Shown: piece after piece, positions 25,269-37,478 of the stretch
Position numbering within the stretch: the stretch's first letter is position 1
Layout of the letters: the number at the start of each line of letters is the position of its first letter
Assembly: GCA_030390025.1 (NCBI GenBank)
Contig: CM059429.1
Coordinates: forward strand, 39,990,001 to 40,054,000
Direction of reading: 5' to 3'
DNA from: Squalus acanthias
Lineage: Eukaryota
DNA length: 64,000 nucleotides
Program-made: the position numbers and the translations under genes
The notes under the pieces: model-generated
The model's database searches: none
The model's input: only the letters and a program-made list of their open reading frames with translations
What the model was told of the DNA's origin: nothing

Positions 25269-26424
25269 GTAGCTGTAGTTGTAAGGGGCTACTGACTCAG
25301 TGGGCCTGATTTGAAATAGTGCTGATACAGTACATGGCAAAAGTTAGCAAGTCACTTGAATCCTTGACCAACATATTGGCAGACACCATGGGCTGGATTT
25401 TCATTGACCCGTGGAGGCGGGTTTGGAGGCGTGTGGGGGGTTAAAATTGCGAAAACTGGCGGGCGGGCACAAGTCCGCCTCCATCCCGCCTCCACGCAAT
25501 TTTCATTAAATCGTGTCTGCTGGTCCCGACTCCGTCCCGCCTTTAAGAGGCGGGATAGGCTGTTAAGGCCCTTAACAAGCACTAAATTGGCTCTATAATG
25601 CCATTTTGAAAGGCCTTTGTGATTTTAACCCTTGTTCTACGTGAAGCAAGCCTGTTCTGAACCACGAATGTGAAACCTGGCGGGGAGCATGGATGGATGG
25701 ATGACATATCTGGGAGTGGTGGTGTAAAAATATCTGGGAGCAGACTTAGGGCTGCTGCTTATTTTGCAGGTCCTCTCACAGCAAAGGCCAGGCAATCTTT
25801 GAAGACCTTCAATGCAGCAGCAATGATGACATCATCAGAGGCGACTTTCAGACTGAAAATACTAATTGGTTCATGGGTTCCCACATGCTGGAACTCAATT
25901 GCCCAATTAGGTGAAAATTGCATCAATCTCCCACATCCAATTGCAGTCGGGTGGATAACACAAAAAGTGGATGACACGACCCCAACCCGCCCCAGTATCA
26001 AAATCCAGCCCCATGAATCAATTGCAGGGGTCATCCAAGCAGCTGGACTCTGGTATTATAAACTTGAGAGAGGTCCGACAGGAACAGCTGGCTGTACAGT
26101 AACTCTCGACTGACTAAGCAGCAGCAACGGCAATGGCATTGTTCTGACAGCTCTAGAGGAAGTCTGTGACCATTAAAACCAGCCCAATGGATGGAAATGA
26201 TCTTTTCAGGACCTGCATAGAACTATGTTCTTAAGGATGTAGGAATATATTAGGGGTAGGGGAGGGGGTTATAGTTAAGTACATTCAGTGACGTAGCTGC
26301 AGTTGCAAGGGGCGACTGACTCAGTGGGCCTGATTTGAAACAGTGCTGATGCAGCACATGGCAAAAGTTAGCCAGACACTAGAACCCTTGACCAACATGT
26401 GGACAGCTGCCATGAATTAATTGC
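25269..26424 (+). repeat. About 135-bp direct repeat pair; the first copy is interrupted by a MITE
   Basis: 25269-25389 plus 26015-26025 versus 26293-26424; both share ctgactcagtgggcctgatttgaaa..agtgctgat..cag..acatggcaaaagttagc. Confidence 0.85.
25390..26011 (-). mobile_element. Harbinger-type MITE, family F/G
   Basis: TIRs GGGCTGGATTTT / AAAATCCAGCCC; CAT TSD at 25387-25389 and 26012-26014. Confidence 0.92.
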
Positions 26425-26720
26425 TGGCAGAGGCACGATAGGCCAAATGGTCTCCTTCTGTGCTGTATCATTCTATGATTCTATGATCATGGGTAGCCAT
26501 AGGGGTAGAAATTACACCTCATTGCTCCAGTTTTACAGGATGGACGGACGTGTGAATGCCATTATGAGTACATTCTATGATTATCTGCCTCATGGGAAAG
26601 CCAGTCATTTAAAAAAAATTGTACTAACTTCTGCTTCTTAACTTTCCTCTGCTTTTGTTAATTTGGTTTTAGATAAAAATTGATGCACCTTATGAGCTGA
26701 TCGATGCTTTCTGTAACATT

Positions 26721-28071
26721 GGTTGGAATTTTAACCCCCAAAAAGCAGGTGGGTTGGGGTCGGGTGGAAGATTAAAGGAGGCGGATCGCTCATTGCAATA
26801 TTATAATGAGGTTGGCGTGCCTCATGATGATCCACTATTGCAAATTTAACTCTAGCTGGTCGGGAGGCAAGGACTGCTGGATCTAGGAGGTAAGTGTCTG
26901 CTGCATCCAGCCTCACCCAGCCCCCACGATCGGACACCCCTCCCGAGGTCTCCGATCTCCACCCATGAGGCCTCCAATCCCCTCCCCCCCACAACGAGGC
27001 CTCTGATCCCCTCCCCCCCCCCTCGAGGCCTCTGATCCCCCCCGACCTCTCCCCCTCAGAGACCTCCGATCCCCCCCGACTCTCCCCCTCAGAGACCTCC
27101 TATCCCCCCCCCCCCACGAGGCCTCTGATCACCTCCCCCCCCCACCAACAAATCCTCTGATCCCCCCCCCGACCTCTCCCCCCCAGAGACCTCCGATCCC
27201 CTCCCCCCCAAAGAGGCCTCTGATCCCCCCCGACCTCGCTCCCCCCACCAGAGGCCTCCGATCTCCGCCTCCCCCCAACCTCTCGGCCTGCGATCCCCCC
27301 TCTGGCCCCAATCCTCCTCCGGCTCCCATCCACCCCCTGCCCTCTGGCCCTGATTCATCCTCCCCCCGCCGATCATCCTCCGGCCCCAATTCACCCCCAC
27401 CTCCCCCCCTCCCCGATCATCCTCCGGCCCCAATTCACCCCCACCTCCCCCCTCCCCGATCATCCTCCGGCCCCAATTCACCCCACCCCCGATCATCCTC
27501 CGGCCCCAATTCACCCCCACCCCCGATCATCCTCCGGCCCCAATTCACCCCCACCCCCGATCATCCTCCGGCCCCAATTCACCCCCACCCCCGATCATCC
27601 TCCGGCCCCAATTCACCCCCACCCCCGATCATCCTCCGGCCCCAATTCACCCCCACCCTCGATCATCCTCCGGCCCCAATTCACCCCCACCCCCGATCAT
27701 CCTCTGGCCCCGATTCACACCCCCGCCCCCATCCGATCATCCTCCGGCCCCGATTTACCCCACCCCACCCGATCATCCTCTGGCCCTGATTCAACTCCCC
27801 CGCCCCCCCCCTCCCCGATCATCCTCCTGCCCCGATTCACCCCACCCCGATCACTCCCTCCTCTCCGCGGCCTAGTGCCGCAGGCTTACCTGCCCGACTG
27901 CCAGCTAGCCTCTCTATTTGTCTGGCTGCGGGCGGGAAACAGAGCTTTGAAATGTTAATCAGGCCCTGCCGTAAAATTCGGCAGGGCCTGCAGGAAACCC
28001 GTTCTCCCAGGTTTCCCAACCACTTTCTAACACCCCCGCTCCCTACCCGCCTCCAGATTAAAATTCCGGCC
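26721..28071. mobile_element. Harbinger-type MITE carrying C-rich minisatellites
   Basis: TIRs GGTTGGAATTTTAA / TTAAAATTCCGGCC; ATT TSD. Confidence 0.85.
27371..27860. repeat. 34-bp minisatellite GATCATCCTCCGGCCCCAATTCACCCCCACCCCC, about 14 copies
   Basis: GATCAT recurs with period 34 at 27491, 27525, 27559, 27593, 27627, 27661 and 27695, with degenerate flanking units. A related GAGGCCTCTGATCCCCC array lies at about 26940-27300. Confidence 0.95.
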
Positions 28072-28087
28072 ATTGCTTCCACAACAT

Positions 28088-28457
28088 TGCACCACAAAGT
28101 AACTGATACAGGAAATCTCCCTGTAGGTGCCAGGAATGTACCAGTCATGTCAAAGTTAAGTGGTGTAGTCACCTTAAATGCCAGAAGTAAAACTGTACTG
28201 ATTATAGGCCACAGATCTCGATGACAGTCGGTGAGCTAAGCCTGAACCTCCAGATATATTGTTCCTCAGTGAGGCCAAGTTAGCTGACCCTCCTCCATAC
28301 TCACAATGCTAGAAGAATTTCCTTATATGCCCTTCACATCTCTTGTACCCCAGCAAATACAGTTAATAACACAAGACCACACCGCTTAATTTCTACATGA
28401 CTGGTACATTCTAGGCACCGACAAGGAGATTTCCTGTATCAGTTACTACGTGGTGCA
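28088..28457. repeat. Foldback element with about 82-bp inverted arms
   Basis: 28088-28169 TGCACCACAAAGTAACTGATACAGGAAATCTCC...GAATGTACCAGTCATGT is the reverse complement of 28376-28457. Confidence 0.85.
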
Positions 28458-28818
28458 TTTACTTTCACCTTTAATTGGTCTTTAGCAAGGCCATATTATC
28501 TGTACCCCATTCTTTTTTTTAAAGAAATTTCACCAGTGCGTAAAATCTCTTTTGGAACATCACAGCTAAACTCTTGAGCTATGCAAAAAAAAAACAGTTT
28601 ATCGTTGCTTTGCTCAGCAGTTTCCTACACAATGACTAAATCCTCTCCAGTCACTGAAACTGGCACAGAGATGAATTCTACGCCCTCCCAGGTGTTGCTC
28701 AGCATTCACACAGATGCACAGATGAGCCCATAAGATAACCAGTTATTGCATCATGATCTAAATACATTTTAAATAATCTCATAATCATACATTCACAGAA
28801 ATTCAAATAGGAGACTTT

Positions 28819-29494
28819 GGGCTAAAAATTGAGTAGTGCCCCCGCGCCAGAAATTGAGTGGTTGTGCCCCAAGAGGGAAGCTGGGCACTACTGGAAATCC
28901 CCCGCATCCCTCTTGGGCGCTGTGAGTCAATATCGCGGTGCTACGTGCCGCGGTATTGCAGGCCTTCCTCCCCTTCTTGAAGGGGTGGGGCCTTGCGCAG
29001 CGCGACCCGGGGCCCAGCTGGGCCCCCGGGGATCGGGAGTGCTGGCAACAGAGCCCGGCACTCAAGAGAAGAGCCGGGCTCACGGAGCACAGCCGGCACG
29101 CCGCGGTGGGGGGGGCCGTTCAGGAGGTCGGGGACGGGAGCGCAGGCAGGTGCTGGCAGGTGGCCAGCAATAAAAATGGCCGTCCCACACCTCGTCTTTA
29201 AATAGCGCCTCCCCATCCGCAGGTCGGCCACCCTGACCCCGTCGGACATAGCGTCTGGCGGTAAGTCAGGGGGCGCTCCTGAAGATCGCAGCCGGGGCGC
29301 TGCGCACGGCGATGACGTCATCGCCGGCGGTGCAGCGCCGCGGGGCGCTACCAGTTAGTGCCGCCGCTAACCACCCGCTGAATTTCGTGGGATGCGTGGG
29401 CGGTGTCGCGCCCGGGCGCTAGTTGCTTTGCGCCCCCCGTTAGTGCCGTCTTAGGGCGCTAACAGGAGGTGCAAAGCAACCCAATTTTTCCCCC
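28819..29494 (-). mobile_element. GC-rich Harbinger-type MITE, family A (inverted copy)
   Basis: Termini GGGCTAAAAATTG / CAATTTTTCCCCC; TTT TSD; reverse-complement homology to 2856-3616. Confidence 0.9.
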
Positions 29495-31074
29495 TTTGTG
29501 CTTAGTTCCAATCATTAATTTCAATAGTCGTACTAAGTCTGTTGAAGATGAAGAAAAATTACACTAACTTCAAAGAGAAATGTGGGTCAATTTTTGGCTA
29601 ACCCCTCTGGACCCATTATCGGACCCAGACTCGGCACTGCGCGACTTGTACACGCCCAAACCAAGAGGTCCGAGGATTGATGAAAATTGATCCTCGAGCC
29701 TCATCAGATAGCTCGACTGGCAGTGGCCCTCAGGTAAGTCCAGAGAGGAGGCATTAGGCCCCTAATTTACAGATTTGAGGGGCCTAAGACCCATTTTAGG
29801 CTCTGTCCGGAACACCTAAATTAAGGGCCCCACGAATTTAGCAGTGGGACTAACTCCTGCGCAGATGATCCCACTACTAAACTGAAATGCTTTGTGCACG
29901 CTTTATGGCACAAAAACAGGCGCAAATGCACACCCATTTCTACCGCATGATATCACAAACTTAGGTATCTTTACATAACACTGGAAGGTTCCAAAGAAAG
30001 GTCTATGGCTCTTTCGCTGCAAGTATTGTAATCAGATTTATTTTTTAAAAATCTCTCTGGAGCCCTGCCACACTCAGACTTCAGTCTAGAATTCAAAAAT
30101 AGATGTAACCTTAGAGTGTAATTTTATCCAAAATGTTTGCTTTTCTACTTCTGTAACTGAGTTCCTTGGACAAACAAAACATTCGTGGCAAGTGTGTTGT
30201 CTGAGACCTATGTCCAGATGAAAGTACAGATAAGACATGTTCTCTTTCAGATACTTGACAGGCTACTTTTGTGATTAGTTAATGCTGATTCTTGATGTGG
30301 TGACAAGTTTGTCTCAGATGTGGTTGTACAAATACTTGGTAGCAGGTAGGTAATATGTTTCTATAAAAGTCAATTACTCAAATGCGCTTCAAAAACCTGC
30401 TTGCACGACAAACAAAGGCATGTCTTTATTAAAATTTTAGACTGTATATACTTATTGCCAACATATCTAGTAGGAGAAAAAACACAGCCTAGTTCCCCTC
30501 ACCCATTGAACCTGTGACCTTCTTGGTCTCTAGCTCGTAACACACCAAAAGAACAGAGCTTTGACAAATCATATAAGAAAAGATTTACTTAGAGAGTTTA
30601 GCACACAACTCAACTACTAATAGACGACAAACTTATTAAAGTTTTTTTAAACTAAATTAAAATGTTATCCAGTACAAATGTTTAAACATGCTCTATACAT
30701 TAGGTCTAGCTATTTTATGTGAAAATATTTTTAGCACAGATGAAGTTTTACAGACATTTTGAATTCCTTAAAAGGTATATTGATAGAAATGTAACTGTCG
30801 ATATTATGGCATGGCATTTAAATACCGCATTTGAATATAACCATATTAGTGAGCATTTAGAAATCATGGGTTAAATCAGGGACAGTGACATGGGTTTGTT
30901 AAAAGCAATTTGTGTTTTCACAAATTTAATAGAGTTTTTTGAAGAAGTAATTGATTGGATAGATAAAGAAATGCAGTAGATGTGTATATGGAATTTCAGA
31001 AGACATTCAGTAAGGTTAATAAAATTCAGGCATGTGGACAGAAAGTTCGTTGACAGGTAGAAAACAAAAACTTA

Positions 31075-31197
31075 GGTTCTGATGATAGATCATTAACCTG
31101 AAACATTAATTCTGTTTTTCTCTCCACAGATGCTGCCTAACCTGTTGAGTGTTTCCAGCATTTCAGATTTCCAGCATCTGCAGTATTTTGCTTCTGT
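31075..31197 (+). mobile_element. Penelope-like element terminal fragment with a degenerate hammerhead motif
   Basis: gttCTGATGAtagatcattaacctGAAAcattaat followed by tctctccacagatgctgcc..acctgttgagt...ccagcatctgcagtattttgc. Confidence 0.65.
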
Positions 31198-31461
31198 TAA
31201 TGAATTAAGGCAAATGGGTTTTGTTTAGACTGGAAAAGTGTTGGAAGTGGTGTACTTGAAGCATCAGTGCTGGGTTCACTTTTGTTCTCGGTATAGGTAG
31301 ATCCTTTGGACTTGGTCATAGGAAGCACAATATTGAAATTTGCTGATAACATAAAGGTAGGAATTTCGGCAAACAGGGAGGAGGAATGTAAAAGACTTCA
31401 GGAAGATATAGACAGGTTAGCGGAATGGGCAGACAGATGGCAGATGGATGTTTATGTAGAT

Positions 31462-31730
31462 AAGGCAGCAGGCACATGGGAACACCACCACCTCCAAGTT
31501 CCCTTCCAAGTCACACACCATCCTGACTTGGAAGTATATCGCCATTCCTTCATCGTCACTGGGTCAAAATCCTGGAACTCCCTCCCTAACAGCACTGTGG
31601 GAGTAGCTGCACCACATGGACTGCAGCGGTTCAAGAAGGCGGCTCACCACCACCTACTCAAGGGCAACTAGGGATGGGCAATAAATGCTGGCCTTGCCAG
31701 CGACGCCCACATCCCATGAACGAATAATAT
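31462..31730 (+). mobile_element. Zenon-like CR1-group LINE 3' end
   Basis: Same 3' end as 38260-38520 (...CAAGGGCAACTAGGGATGGGCAATAAATGCTGGCCTTGCCAGCGACGCCCACATCCC). Confidence 0.88.
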
Positions 31731-32642
31731 TTTTTAAATTATGAGATAATATATTTGGGGAGGAAAAATAAGGAATGGGAGTAATATTTTTAAAGGAAAA
31801 ATGCTGAAGGGTGTTGATGGACAGAAAGACTGAAGAGTTCAAGTACACAATTCCCTGAAAGTGCCAGTGCAGGTAGACAAAGACATAAAAAAAGACCAGC
31901 AGCATTTTGGATTTTATAAATAGGGCCATAAGAATACATGAGTTAAAAAAAAATGATAAATTTGTATAAAAGATTGGTTAGGCCAGTTCCAGTATTGGGT
32001 GACCGTTGCAGAAAGGATATTAGAACCATAGAGAACCTGCTCAATAGATTCACCAGGATGGTGCCATGAGTGGGAAACTACAGTTATGAGGAGAGAATTG
32101 GTATTAGGACTAGGAGCAGAGAAGGCTGAGGAAACTCAAAAGAGCTTTTAGAATTATGAAGGGTTTTGGTAGAGCAAACAGAGAAAGATTATTTCCTCTG
32201 GTTGAGGAGTCAGTGACAAGGGATTTTCAGTTTAAAATTGTTACTAAGAGAGTAAGGGAAGCAATTAGGAGAAATCTCATTATATAAAGAGTTGTTGATG
32301 CATGAAATGCTTTGCCACAGGGAATGGTTGAGGCAGAGATCATTTCATCTTTTAAGAGAAAATTAGATAAATATTTGAAGCAAAGGGAGATACAGGGCCA
32401 TGGGGAGAAAGCGGGGTAGTGGGATTAGTTTTGGATTGCTCTAGCAAAGAGCTGGCACGGACATGATGTGCAAAATGGCCTCCTCTGTGCTGTAGGCTTC
32501 TACAGCTCTATAACCAATTTATATAGTATATCTTTGGCAAAAATTGATTTTTTTCCCCCCAGGTTGAATTTTTTTAATTTATGTTTTGTATTGCCAGAAG
32601 CAGCATGTAAAAAATTAACACCCAAGGTTACACAAAGCACCA

Positions 32643-33181
32643 TGTCATCAGAAAACCAATAGTTCAGAACAGTTGAATGAACAATATGTAATTTAACAGA
32701 GTGAAGAAAAAAATCACACTCCTCGATAAAGAAGACAGCAGACACAACTCGCTTTCTTTCTAAACATAAACTTTAAACAGGTCAACTTACTGTAAAGGTC
32801 ACTCTAGCCTGCCTAGTCACCAGGCTAGAAATGCTAGAAAGACTTTAAAAGCAAATAGCTTGCAGTCTTGGCTGAGAGGTCTACCCATTGACTATTGACT
32901 GAAGACTGGCTGTAGACTGCTAATATAATTCTATAAAAGGAAGTCCATTACACAGGTCTCTAACTTATTAATGGTCCTGCCCTCCTTTCAAAGGTCTCAG
33001 AAACAGCGGTCAATCAAAGAAACCACCCCAGGTTGGGGTCCACCCTTTGATCTATGATCAGGTGGCTTGTGTACATCCCCGCAGACACTGAAACAAAGCA
33101 ATAAAGAGCTCTATTTTTCATAATCAACTCAGATCAGCAGTCATCCATAGGTTATCAATTGCTCAGAATATCTTAGTGACA
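32643..33181 (+). mobile_element. Possible solo LTR
   Basis: TGTCA...TGACA termini, CTATAAAAG at about 32931 and AATAAA at about 33100; no clean TSD. Confidence 0.35.
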
Positions 33182-33299
33182 CAAAATACTTCCCCTTGCC
33201 TGACTGTTGGGAAATTCATTTTTAATGCATTTACACATTTCTTTAGGTAACAAGTTTTGAAAATGATGTCTAGTGCCACCTCATTGGGAGAACCTCTCT

Positions 33300-33676
33300 C
33301 ACCAGTGACAGATCGCTCCTGTCACCTCACCTGCAGCTGCCATCTGTTCCAGCCTATGGAGGGAGTCACTGGAGAGCCTGGGTGCAAGAGCTCACCTTGT
33401 ACAGTGATTGTCAGTGTTTGCAGCACCTCAATGCTGTCAAACACTGAGAAATGAGCTGTCAAAGAAAAATTGTGCGTGGTCCCTTTAAGAAAAGTGGCAG
33501 ATGACGCATCATCTGACCGGCTTCCTGTTAGTTGGCCGGCAAGCCCACAGGGTGGGCTTAACAAGGTCAATCAACGTAAAATCACGTCCATGGGCCGGAT
33601 GCAGTTGGGAGCAGGACTGGAAGCTGGAAACCACCTGACCCGCTCCCAACCCGCATCCAATGACAAAATCGCGGCC
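33300..33676 (+). mobile_element. Harbinger terminal remnant (Myb-side end)
   Basis: Reverse-complement homology to about 21015-21370; ends AAAATCGCGGCC. Confidence 0.7.
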
Positions 33677-35494
33677 ATAATTTCAAAAATCATTTAATTA
33701 TCTGTAAATCAACATGGAATGCACTAAGGTGGCCATTGCATTTAGTAGGATTAGAAACAATGATCGCCATCAAGCACCAAAACCTCAAAATACATTTATT
33801 TTTCTTGTATTTTATTTTTATGACACTGTTGCTTGGTTGGCAGTCTTGCTGTAGGGAGGGTCTAATTGTTGATGTTATTTTTCAAATATGGTAAAGAATT
33901 ATTACAAAAAATCCTTTCCTCTGAAAATAACACCAACTTTTACCGGAACTTATCTCTAACGTTCTTTGTGATTCTACAAGGAACAAAACATCAGATTGCT
34001 TGGACCTTAACCACTGTCAATATGGGTCGACACACGCCTCCTAAACATCGGCAGTAGGTTTACACTGCTGGTGCTAGAAATTTAGTGCAGTCGTAAGCAC
34101 CAAGAAGAAAACAGAACTAAAGTGAGCAGTTAATCAAAATAAAGTTTTATCTTGTGTTATTGTATAATATTTTTGTTTTCTTTATATATTCAGTACAGAT
34201 ATTGGAGTAGAGAATGGCAACACTGACTAAAAAGTTACATTCACCCAAACATGATCAGTCTTTCAAGCTAATCCAGCCATGTCACAACCAGGTTTAAGTT
34301 GTTCAGCTACAGCCAAGCCTGTCAAGTGTCACACATCACGCATGAGACGCAAGCATTTACAGCCCCACTCATGCGTTCATGCTAAACCAGAAATACGTCG
34401 TCATGCCAAGCGAGGCATGCACAATTTCTGATGTCGGAAGGGAATGGGCCGAGGTGCTTGTAAGGATTCAGCCACTACCACCCTTTATAAAATAACTCTG
34501 TTTCAATTTGCTATTTGCCAGCCTGCTCAGATCGAGACTTGACTAGGACAGTTAAGTTCAGATTCATTTTGTAAACGGCAGATTTCTCTGCACTCATCCT
34601 GCTCTCAAATGCACACACACACACCACAACAGTGTCTTGAATCGAGGTTCTGATTAAATTATATGGACTCATTTGAATCATACCAGTACCTCATTTATAA
34701 GGGCAATTAGAGCCACATCAAATTGAGTAATTTGGCTCCATTTTACTGTTCCAGATGGAGTTAATTTAGACCATTCAGAATAACCAAAATAGTTTATTCT
34801 GAATTTTATAAAGTCAGAGCTTGCACATCCTGTTGATCTCTGCAGTTTTTTCCTCTTTTTAAAATTTTCTTAATTGAACCACACCAAAAGGAGCCACCTG
34901 TCAAGTCCCATTGAAACCACTGGAAGGTGAAGTGAATGGAAATAGTTGGGCATGAATAAGTGGGTTGAAAAGCAACCTTGTTTTTCTTCATTGTTATCAC
35001 CAAACATTTCCTGTTCCTTTTGGTGAAACTGAACTATAGTATGAATATAAGAAAGCATAGAACAAGAAGAGGCCATCCATACATCAAACTTGTTCTTTCC
35101 ATCCTAAACCACTTAATTGCCAGAGGAAAGACTCTACTATCTTTCTCCCTTTTCCATCGAAAAAAATTAAAATAAACTACAGAACCTAACCTTACATATC
35201 GCTCGTGTGACAGGTTGCCTTCATTGGCACATAACATTCCATTATCTCGAAAGGAAAATTAGCACCAAATTCCTTTCATTGCTACCTGTGAAGCCTTTTC
35301 TTCTGTGCAGGCCTCCATGAGAAATAATGCCAGTCATATCCTGCTGGTTTCAGTGAAACTTCTCCAGGAACAGAAAGTACCTTCTAATTGACTTCAGGAT
35401 GTGTCCATTTATAATAATGGAACAGTTTCTTTAAAAGGACTGGTCAGGTTACACATATCTGCACCTTAATAGCAGAATGCAGTATGTATTACAC

Positions 35495-35689
35495 CAGCGT
35501 TTCCCAACCTGTGGTCCGCAGACCACTGGTGGTCCGCGAGGGTACTGCAGGTGGTCCGTGAAAAAAAATATATAAGTTTGACTCCCGTCAGCCATGGGCT
35601 GTTAAAAAAATTTTAAACGGCTGGTGGTCCGCAGAAGCAATTTTTAAACGGCTGGTGGTCCGCATGAAGGAAAAGGTTAGGAACCGCTG
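35495..35689. mobile_element. hAT (Charlie-like) MITE, 195 bp
   Basis: TIRs CAGCGTTTCCCAACCT / AGGTTAGGAACCGCTG; perfect 8-bp TSD TATTACAC; five GTGGTCCG subterminal repeats. Confidence 0.93.
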
Positions 35690-35958
35690 TATTACACAAT
35701 ACATTGCTTTTGTCCTCCAACTTATATTGAGACTTCTGTACAATATACTATGACATGAATCTTCCACCCACCTTCTGCCAACTTCGGAGCAGAACGCGGG
35801 GAGGTGAGTGCAGAAAATTGGATGGGGACACACTCCCTTCCCTCTTTTTCCCGCCCATACAATCTCCCACTCGTAACTTACAATAATATGTAAATTAGCT
35901 AAATATATTCTTTTAACTATTTCCCATCATTTTGATACATTTGTCCCTGGCGTCCAAT

Positions 35959-35972
35959 GTTGCTATGGCAAC
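35959..35972. promoter_or_regulatory. RFX X-box-like palindrome
   Basis: GTTGCTATGGCAAC, next to a CCAAT, in non-repeat sequence. Confidence 0.35.
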
Positions 35973-36153
35973 AGATAGGAGTATTTAATATTTTTAATTC
36001 AGTAAGCTTCCACAAGCAATCACAGAGCAATTGCTTCCACAGGTCAGTGTACCAGAATTAAAAATAAAAACAGCGTTTTACTGACAGAGAAACTTCCTCA
36101 GCAATGGAATGTACCTTCTAATTGAACTCAGAATGTACCAATTTAAGCAATAG

Positions 36154-37030
36154 GGGGGAGAAATTCAGTTGGTTGTGCCTCCTGTTAGCGCCTTACGAGG
36201 GCGCTAATGGGGCGCAAAGCAACTAGTGCCCAGGGCGCGGCGATGTTTGCGCCGCTTATGAAATTAACTAGACATTTTGCGGCGGCGCTAAACACTACCG
36301 CCACGATCTCCTGTGCCGGCAGATCGTTACGTCAGTCGAGTGCGCAACGCCCCGGTAGCGCCCCGGAGCGTATATTGAGTGGCGCCCCCTGCCTTACCGC
36401 CTGCCACTAGCAACGACAGGTTGAGGGGAGCGTTTTGCAGTCAGGAAGGGACTGGGGGAGCGCTATTTAAAGGTGACCGCTTCCTGCCTTTTATTGTTGG
36501 TGACATTTTTGCACCACGCATTCTGAGAGAGAGAGGGACTTCTGGAGAGATTCAACGCTGTGTGAAGGAGTTTTGGGTACTGAGCAGCACTTTGCAGGTT
36601 CATTTTGATTTTCCCTTCCTTGCATCGATTTAGAAGAGACTGTGGGGGCTGCACTCTGAGCTCTTTCCCTGAGTCTCTCCATTGTTCTTTCCAGCAGATT
36701 TGATGTACAGGTCTCTCCAGGCCGAGATTCAAGGCTGCAATGAGCAGGATGTGGATGGTGAGCAAGATCAACCCTCCCCTTTAAGAACTGGCCGGCGCCA
36801 GTGTGTCTCTGTTCCATTGCTGACTGACATCACATGAGCTTCGCCAGCGCCTCGCTCCTCGGCCTTTGCGCCTTAAGACAGGTGTGAAGTGCCTGATTTA
36901 GCGCTCCAATCACCTCCAGGGGCGATAAAAGCCAAGTTTGCAGTCGGAGGCGATAATTAGTGCCAGGCGCTAATCTTTGCGCCCAGCCGATAATTGCGCC
37001 CCAAATGGGGCGATACTGAATTTTTCCCCC
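36154..37030 (+). mobile_element. Harbinger-type non-autonomous element related to family A
   Basis: Termini GGGGGAGAAATTCAGT / ACTGAATTTTTCCCCC; TSD TAG/AAG (one mismatch); first 100 bp or so homologous to 2856-2960. Confidence 0.85.
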
Positions 37031-37478
37031 AAGGACTCTTAAATCTGTCTTAGCAAAACTACCCCCTCCCACTCCAGCAGGAGGCATGGTGGAAGCTGTG
37101 GGCCCAGCCAGCCAAATATATGTTAATGATCCCAAGATAGCAAGATCGGTCAGGGTCAAGGGTGCATCTTTGAAGCAGATGGTCATGCGCCACATTGGAG
37201 ATGTGCCCTAATTCCACAGCAGTGGAAAATCTAGGCCAACATGTTTAAGGCATCAATTTAAAGAGTGGATGAGCTTCTATCTATGTTTCTGTATTAGAAT
37301 CCATTTATGCTGTAGAGCTGTGTTCCAATTTGACCCTCTGCTTTCAATTGATCCCTCATGCTGGTGAGATTGCCTGGAGATAAAACAATTAATGCTGTGG
37401 CAATTAATGGTTTTGAGAATAAAAAACTTGGTAACTGTATGGTTACGATTATGTGGATAAGCACATATAAGAGGAAAT

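Larger units (their letters stand above)
30830..32510 (+). mobile_element. Old degenerate CR1 LINE fragment with two nested insertions
   Basis: Remnants of TNLIEFFEEV, KFADNIK, LQEDIDRLAEWADRWQM and a CR1 3' UTR; interrupted at about 31075-31197 and 31462-31730. Confidence 0.8.

Noticed and set aside
27089-27520. Gly-rich repetitive ORFs
   Set aside because: Translations of a minisatellite whose 34-bp unit is not a multiple of 3.
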